A stretch of 57,677 bases of DNA, the filler included, from Sluysia triapertura (Eukaryota): NCBI GenBank assembly GCA_046118255.1. It is 4 parts of 4 records of this genome, joined end to end, with 100 filler letters (N's around TTAATTAATTAA, not from the genome) between each part and the next. Parts side by side here need not be neighbours in the genome. Positions count along the whole stretch, not along the records: positions 46,237 to 57,677 come from JBJNIA010184724.1; 3 more parts are not named here. One strand, written 5' to 3'. This document shows, piece by piece, positions 50,300-57,677 of this stretch. The notes under the pieces are model-generated. The model searched no databases and was not told the origin of the DNA. It saw only the letters and a list, made by a program, of their open reading frames with translations. Within the stretch, counting starts at the first letter, position 1; each line of letters opens with the position of its first letter. A program made the translations under genes and the position numbers.

Positions 50300-53285
50300 T
50301 TACACCAAGCGAGATTTGTTTAAATCTATTTCTGATGATGTTTCGATAATTAATTTAATTTCTTATTCTCAATTCTCTATACGTAAAAATAAATTAAACA
50401 TTTGCAAGTGTTTTTCTTCATGAAAACTTAATTTTAACTTAATCTTAGAAAATAATCCTAATAAGAACGGTTTATATCTAGAAGACGATTCTTTAAACAA
50501 AATTCTTCACTAGTTGCGCTTGGTAACTAGTCGTAGTAAAAATTTGAATAGCAAGTAACATCTTGACTATCCTCTGAGTTCTTTTTATGACACGTTAAAC
50601 TTCATTATCAGAAATAATGAATTTGAACTTCAAAGTGCAGAATATTTCAGAATTTTATATTACAATTCTCTAAATAAAACATCTAACATATTAAATCGGA
50701 ACTTTTAACACCTTAATTTTGAGGTGTTGAATTGAAATTATCTTTATGTTTATTAAATAAATAATTCATTTATTAAAAATTCTTTAAAATTAATCTTATT
50801 TAATTTATGTAACGAATATTCATAAAACACATTTATTAAAATCTTTTTGGTAATTAAAAAAATTAAAGAAATGAAATAATCTTTAAGACATTTATTAGAA
50901 ACAGAAATTAATTGATTTACAACAAAATATTTTATTAAACATGACATATCAAATGACAAATGTTAAAATATCATTGAACGTGTTGAGGGTAAGTCACTAA
51001 TTAAATCTAAATCAAGGTAAAAATAATATAAAAAAGGATAATAATAAAGACTAAAATGTAATACTCCATAAAATAAATACACTACCTTTACGTGGATTGT
51101 TGAGGTATGAATCTTAGTAATGAGTCGGACTGAAATGTTGATTACATAATTACTCGCGTAGATTTTACTACTTCGATATTTGTAGCTTATGTTTATAATT
51201 GTGAACTTTCAATTGTTGATAATTTAACAATGAGATTATTTATTTAACTTTTAACCTGGAAACAGAGAAATTTATCATCAAGATAGTTACTGTCTCTACA
51301 AATCGATCTTTGGTTATAAGATAAGACATATTACGGTGATTATAATTACAACTATTAATGAATTGAGTTTTAAAGTACAAATTTAAATCTTGCATTTGAT
51401 TATAATTATTACAATAATTGATGACATCAGTAAATGAATCTTTGTCATTAGTAGAGCATTTATGCTTTTTATTATAAATAATGATAACTTTAATGATCAA
51501 ATAACATATGATTAATCGATTATTGTTATGCTTGATATATCTAAAGAAATGAAAACAATTAATAACAATAGGTAAATAACAATTAATATTAAAAATGTTA
51601 ACAAAATTTGGATTAATGTCAATAACATCATTTATACCGAATATTATGTTAATGAAGTAAGGAATATGATCCAGAGAGTGCTTGCACAATTCATATTCAG
51701 AGTGTGTAGTTAATTCTGTAGAAAAAGGTAGAGATGTCAAATTCGTTATTAAACTTTCTTAACTTTCTTGATCTAGATCTCTAGCTTGGAAATTCTCCTA
51801 TCTCTAAATCTTCGATAGATTTTTATTAAATGAATGATAGAAAATGATAATCTTAGTATCACTTAGTTCTGGAGTAGAATTTATATTTTCAACTTGATTA
51901 CATTTTTATACTATTTCAAACATTCTGCGGAATAATATCATTTTCATCCACCTTAATAATCAAATAAAATTATATTCGTTCCGACGTCATTTTGAAATTT
52001 GAATTATTCGAGTTCATAACACTGTTAGAAGATGAAGTTGTAGTGGTGATTATAAATGATTTTGATTTTTCGAGGTTAATGACTTATAATTTTCATCTTT
52101 AAAAATGGTTTTAATTGTTGAATTTCTTGTATTCTTGTTTTGGCAGAATGATTTTGTTGTTGAGATGGCATTACATTTAGCATTACATTATATCTCTCGA
52201 TTTAATTTTCATTTACTTATTATTGTTTAGATTTTGATGTAATTAACTCCAATGGACGAAAGCTTAAAAATTTTTATGAGTTTTTATTGTGTCTTAATAA
52301 ATTGGATTGTTTAACTATTGCATACATTGAAATTGCATTGTGGCTGTATAGATTGTAAAATTTTTATTTATTTAAATTTTGAATTGTGATTAACTGCCAA
52401 TGAAAATTTTGCTAGAAAATTTTAATTAAAAAGCTGTCATCCAACGACAGCAACAAATTAACTATTATTGAAAATTCGGCTAATAATTTGTACAAACTAT
52501 TGTTTAGCAACAGGAAGACTGTCAAAGTTTACAGTACTGCAACAAATAACGAAATTAATAATTATAATTATAACAAAATTATAATTATAATTATAATTAT
52601 AATTAACAATTATAACGAAAATAATGATAATAATGATGAGAATAATAATTGATAAAGATAAATAATAATCATAATAATGATGATAATAATTAATAATAAT
52701 AAAAATAAAATAAAAATAAACACAAGCATAAAAATAAATATGAAAACAAATAATTTTTTTTTGATAATCTTTCTTTTTAACATTCTACTAATAATTCATC
52801 ATGATGTTTATATAATTGGTCATTACGTTCCGAGAACAATGAATCCGTTCTAAGAAATTCTGAGGATATTAAAATTATATTTTTCAAATTTATCTTTACC
52901 ACATAAACTTTATATTTCAGAACTTAATTCTTTTAATATTCTTATGTCTTGTGAAAGTTCTCCTTCATTGACTTCGTGAAATTTATTATCTAATTCTTGT
53001 TCAAATAGTTGTTCTGATGCTTGTTCTTCTACTACATGTTTAACTCGCTTTTACTAAAGGGAATTTGAATTCACTCTAATTATTGTTAAAAAGGTACAGA
53101 AAAAATATGAAGGAGTGTAGTGAGAGAGTATTAAAAAGTTAAATTCCATTTAATTTATTACTATATTTGAATTTTAAATACAAATTTAATGATTTTTGAT
53201 TTAATGAATGGTTTAGATGATGTAAAATATGATTTTTAATGTATTGTGAGGTATTAAAATTTTTTGTGACTTTAGTTGGCCACCA
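50300..53285 (-). mobile_element. Cassette copy D: disrupted orphan ORFs, CTGTC-N7-GACAG palindrome, AAT tract, GTTGGCCACCA end
   Basis: ORF pieces 51740-51240 and 50959-50753; GCTGTCatccaacGACAGC at 52433-52451; AAT-rich 52555-52700; terminus aaaatttt..gtg...GTTGGCCACCA whose last 11 nt are identical to copy C. The left boundary is approximate. Confidence 0.6.
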
Positions 53286-55469
53286 GAAACCATACAACCT
53301 ATTAAAACAAATCAAAAAATTTTTACATACACTTGATATAACTTCATATGAATCGGGTTTGCATAATATTAATTAATTAAGAGTTCATCTACAATCAACG
53401 ACTTAACGCTACGACAAAATTTAATCAATTGAAGGTTTGAATTTATATTTAATCAGATTTACTTAGTGGTAACTCAATATGCAAAAAAATAATCCAAATA
53501 TTTTATGCATTATAGTACAAAAAACAAAACAGAACTGAAGTCAATTCTTTCATTAATAAGGCTTTATAAATTTTATCAAAATGTGGTGTAAAAACATCAA
53601 ATAATTTAAAGTGAATTTTAGAATTTTTTTAAGAAACCAAAACTTATAATAAATAAACTTAGTAATAATGTAAAAATCGAAGCTAAAATTATTTTAAACA
53701 AATATTCAATATCAAAATTCGATTTACTAAATCAACTTCGAAAATTTAAATGCAACTCTTAATTGTTAATTTTTTATATTTTGGCAAAATGAAAAATTAA
53801 CCACCTTTAATTGCTATAGATTAATTTTATTTTAATATTAATTTAACCAATCTTCAATCTAATTTAAATGTTCGACAGATATGTAATAAATGTTTGAATA
53901 TATATAATGATATCAAAATTATAACCGAATGACACTCGAACTGCAATCGTACATAAATGTTAATGTAGAATACGATGAGAATTGTATGAGTATTATGAGA
54001 ATTATGTCTCGATTCGTTATTATTGTTGCCAATTTTCTCATGATTTTCTTATTTAACTGATAACTTTCTGCAGCTGATAATAAAAGCCAATTTTATTGAT
54101 AAAATAATCATATAACGATAAACCACTACTCCAATTATTACTTATTATTTGTGTTGCTACTGGAGAATTAGTATTAATCATTTCTTCTACATATTTCGTT
54201 GCTCTGTCTTTTAATACAAGTACGATTCCAACTTTTGATCGAGTTGGTCTTTATGGTAAATGATAAAATAATAAAAACTGATAAATATGGATGACTCAAA
54301 CATAAAATTAAATAAGTGTATTTAAATAAATAAAAAGATATCTTTTATTTATCGAACTTGTTTTAATGACATTAAATTGTCATTTATTTGTACAGATTTT
54401 ATTTGATAAATCAATCAATTCAGTAGATTTGTACCACTAGTTGTACTATTGCAATAAAACCGTATGAGTAAAACAAGGTATAATAAGCATTTTACTACCA
54501 AATGCATTAAATAATAATAATAAAATAATCAGTAATAAGATAGTTTGAAGAAACAACACTAATGGCAGAAAGAGCTGTGATAAGAAATCGAATTTCTAAG
54601 ATGTAGTTATATAACTGAAGTAATAAAGTGTAAATCAATAGATATATTTTCTTTTATATCTATTTAACAATAGTAAAGTTTCTTGCTTCAAAAGTTTTGG
54701 CTTCAAAATTATAATAAGTCGTATACTTGTGCAAATAACACAACATAAATTTAGATTCTTTATTTATGTCTATTTCACTTTGTACATCAAACATCAAAAA
54801 GATAAAGAAATTTTTCAAACCGCAGTTCTAACAGAAATTGTTTACTACAAACAAATTGTTTGATATTAATTAAAATAATTATATAACAAAAATACATAAT
54901 AAAATAGTAATAACAATAATGCTGGGTTCGTCATATGATAAAGTGAATGTAATAATGTCGCAGCTTGAGGCAAAGGGATTAACATTTCCTAAAGTTTTAC
55001 AAAACTTTATAATTAATTAATTCATTCATTCATTCATTAATTTAGATATAATTAATTTTGATTAATTATTATAATTTTAATATTAATGATTTTATTGTAG
55101 AATTTATAATTTGTATTGGATGTAATTGGATGTAATTGGATGATGATATATATAAAGTATATTTTGTATTATGTATGTGGATGGCAATAAAGTTACCTAA
55201 GATGGATGAGACAACACAAAAGTGATTGTAAGAATATCGTAAAGGGATCAATATTTTCTAAAAATTTTACAAAAAAATTATAATTATATTTATTAAAATT
55301 GTTTATATTTATTAAATTGTATATTTATAAGTAAATTGTTTGAAAATCATTTTTAATAACTTTGCGTATGATGATTGAATAGAAGCGGGTTGCACAAATA
55401 ATAAAATACAATTATGAAATTTATCAATATTATGAACATCTACATAGTACGAAACACTTCAACGTAGAT

Positions 55470-55517
55470 AATATAAAATAATCAGAATATAAAATAATCA
55501 GAATATAAAATAAGCAG
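55470..55517. repeat. 16-bp tandem repeat (AATATAAAATAATCAG) x3
   Basis: Read directly; the third copy has one substitution. Confidence 0.85.
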
Positions 55518-57472
55518 TTTATAAAGTTAAATTTCAATGTATTATAATCACCACACGTAGTAAAAGATCATTCAATATGTTAAATGTATAAATCTAAAAA
55601 TAATTGATTGTGTCTAAAAATAATTAATATTAAGTATATTATTGACTTTTAATGTTGACCTAATTATAGGCATTATTATTATTATTACTTTTATTTATTT
55701 TTGATTATTTTTTTATTATCATTGTTATTATTAATAAAACCATTATTAATATTATTTTCTTTAATAAATTCTTCATATAAATAAAAAATCGGTCAAGGAC
55801 AAAACTAAAAGTATATAAATAGATACAGCTTTTCACAAAAATCACACAAATTTTTGACACGATGCAGTTATAACGCAATCACACGACGCAGTTAAAAACT
55901 CTGTCTTAGCCGGAATCTAATTTCAACGATATTCCAGCTACTTTTAAATAGATCGTTGGTTTGATAGTATGAAGTTATTTCTATTTTACCAGATTGTAAA
56001 ATTAACTTAAATATCTTTGTTAACATTTTTCTTACACCCATTTTAAAAAAGGCGTGAAAAACTTTCTATAAAATCAGTTTAAAGATTATATAATAATCTT
56101 ATCTAAATTTTTATTTTGCTATTTATATAAATATCCTTATAATATTGATTATTCATCCGTAAACTTATTATAAATTGTTATAATATATATTGTATTTTAA
56201 ATTTATCATTTTTCACTTACTCAGGATTTTAAAGTAAGATAACCAATTTCAATCGGATTATACATAAAAGAGAAATGAGTAATTAAGGACCACCGTTTTT
56301 GAAATATGGTTGAAAAATACACTCAAAATATCATTTGTGTTTATTTTTAAAATAACAAAAGTTCTTTGAGCATTTTTGACTAACTTTTAATAATTTCTGA
56401 AAGAGCCGATATTAGCATTATATAGAACACAGCAGTTGTGCCCAAAAGTATAAACGATTTAATATAAACTTACTTATACCTCCATGTAAGTTCTTCTAAA
56501 ATACTGCTTACACTTAGCAGTAAGTGAGTAAATCTAAGATTGTAAGGAACGCACAGCATAAATTAAATCAAATTTAGTATTAGCATCTCGACACATATAT
56601 GTTATTTAAATTGACATGTGATGTACAATTAACCTGCTGCACTTTGTACCAAAAGTTATTATTGAAAATAAGTTTTATATTGGATTTGATAATATATTCA
56701 ATTTAAGTTGATATATTATTGTATAAGTATTGTATAACCATCATGTTAAATTTTAATTGAAAACATTACAGTTTGTTTGCCACAAAACTCATGATCTTCT
56801 GATAATTGCTAAGTAGTACTAAAACGGAAATTCGACACAAATTAATGTTGAAATTTAATTATATTAAAATTAGTTGGAATGAAAACTACTCAAAGAAAAA
56901 TCGGATTAAATTAAATCGGATTCCCGTCTTCCTAGCAATTATTGAAACACATTTTTCTATCAAAAATAGTTATTACTTTTGTTTTAAGAAGCCTGATTCA
57001 ATACAGTAGTGGCAAACACTGATTGAATCTTATAGTTCTTTATTAATCGGTTAAAATTTATTTTTAACCGACTTATTCATGGTTAGTTGGACTTGAATTT
57101 TTATTGTTTATTGTTATTTGAGTACTAACATTTATATATGTTGAGTATTGTAACGGATTTATAATTTATTGAATTATTTTGAAATTTATTTAAAGTGAAT
57201 TAAAATTAATTGTCATAGAGTTAACCATTATTTGATTTATATTTTGATATACTTTGTGATATAGTTAGAATATATATAGATTGAGAATCATTTAATTGTG
57301 TTATCGATTTTAATTTAAAAATATAACAAGACAACAATAATAATAGTAGCAATACTAATAATAATAAAATTATTAATGAAAGTTTTTAAGTTTAATTTTA
57401 GCTGATACAGATTAATTAATAGATTGCTGATAGGAGAATATTCAGAAATGGGCTTTAACTTACCATATATAT

Positions 57473-57677
57473 AATGTGACCAGACGTCCCGATTTTTTCA
57501 CAATTTGTCTCGCGTCCCGCGACGTTGTTCAAAAGTCCCGACTTTTAGAATTAAGTTAAATTTTATGTTTATGAAAATCATTGTTTTGAGTTCTAAGAAC
57601 CCTACGGGCTACGACGACTAACATATTGCTTTTGCTACCCAGTTACATTGTATTTGTCTCTCAGATGATACACTTCG
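57473..57677 (+). mobile_element. hAT-Blackjack-like left terminus
   Basis: GTGACCAGACGTCCCG resembles the (T)AGGGTGACCAGA Blackjack TIR, with three subterminal GTCCCG motifs. Runs off the window. Confidence 0.65.

Noticed and set aside
54050-54720. Possible upstream cic exon or decayed membrane-protein gene on the minus strand
   Set aside because: A phase-1 donor is conceivable near 54140, but no convincing acceptor or homology was found, and it lies across a gap from cic.
57004-57020. CAGTAGTGGCAAAC, a hAT-like TIR
   Set aside because: Isolated end with no partner or transposase in the window; not enough to call.

Overview
Very AT-rich, intron- and transposon-rich animal (eukaryotic) genomic DNA. 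Four contigs are joined by three artificial 100-nt N-spacers containing TTAATTAATTAA. Host genes: three linked exons of a divergent Capicua (CIC) HMG-box gene on the minus strand (45798-41225), two exons of an RNB-family HELZ2/DIS3-like gene (3741-7208) and an orphan Ser-rich exon (17863-18140). Intronless decayed copies of RPL17 and a PDE4-type phosphodiesterase are present. Mobile DNA: remnants of hAT (Charlie-like, Blackjack-like), mariner, a TIR-complete Tc1/Tc3-like element, piggyBac MITEs, three NeSL/Utopia-like RLE non-LTR fragments and Gypsy gag/RT/LTR pieces. Two things stand out. (1) A family of at least four 2-3.5 kb cassettes shares one architecture: minus-strand orphan ORF cargo, an inverted-repeat module (two long repeats in three copies), an AAT/ATT tract, a T/G-skewed arm and, in three copies, a GTTGGCCA(CCA) terminus; one copy has TG...CA ends and a 4-bp TSD. 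(2) A Gypsy-like LTR-PBS-gag unit carries small orphan ORFs and an intronless PDE4 copy in place of pol, followed by a second LTR-homologous segment. All assignments come from reading by eye and recalled family motifs; no searches were run.
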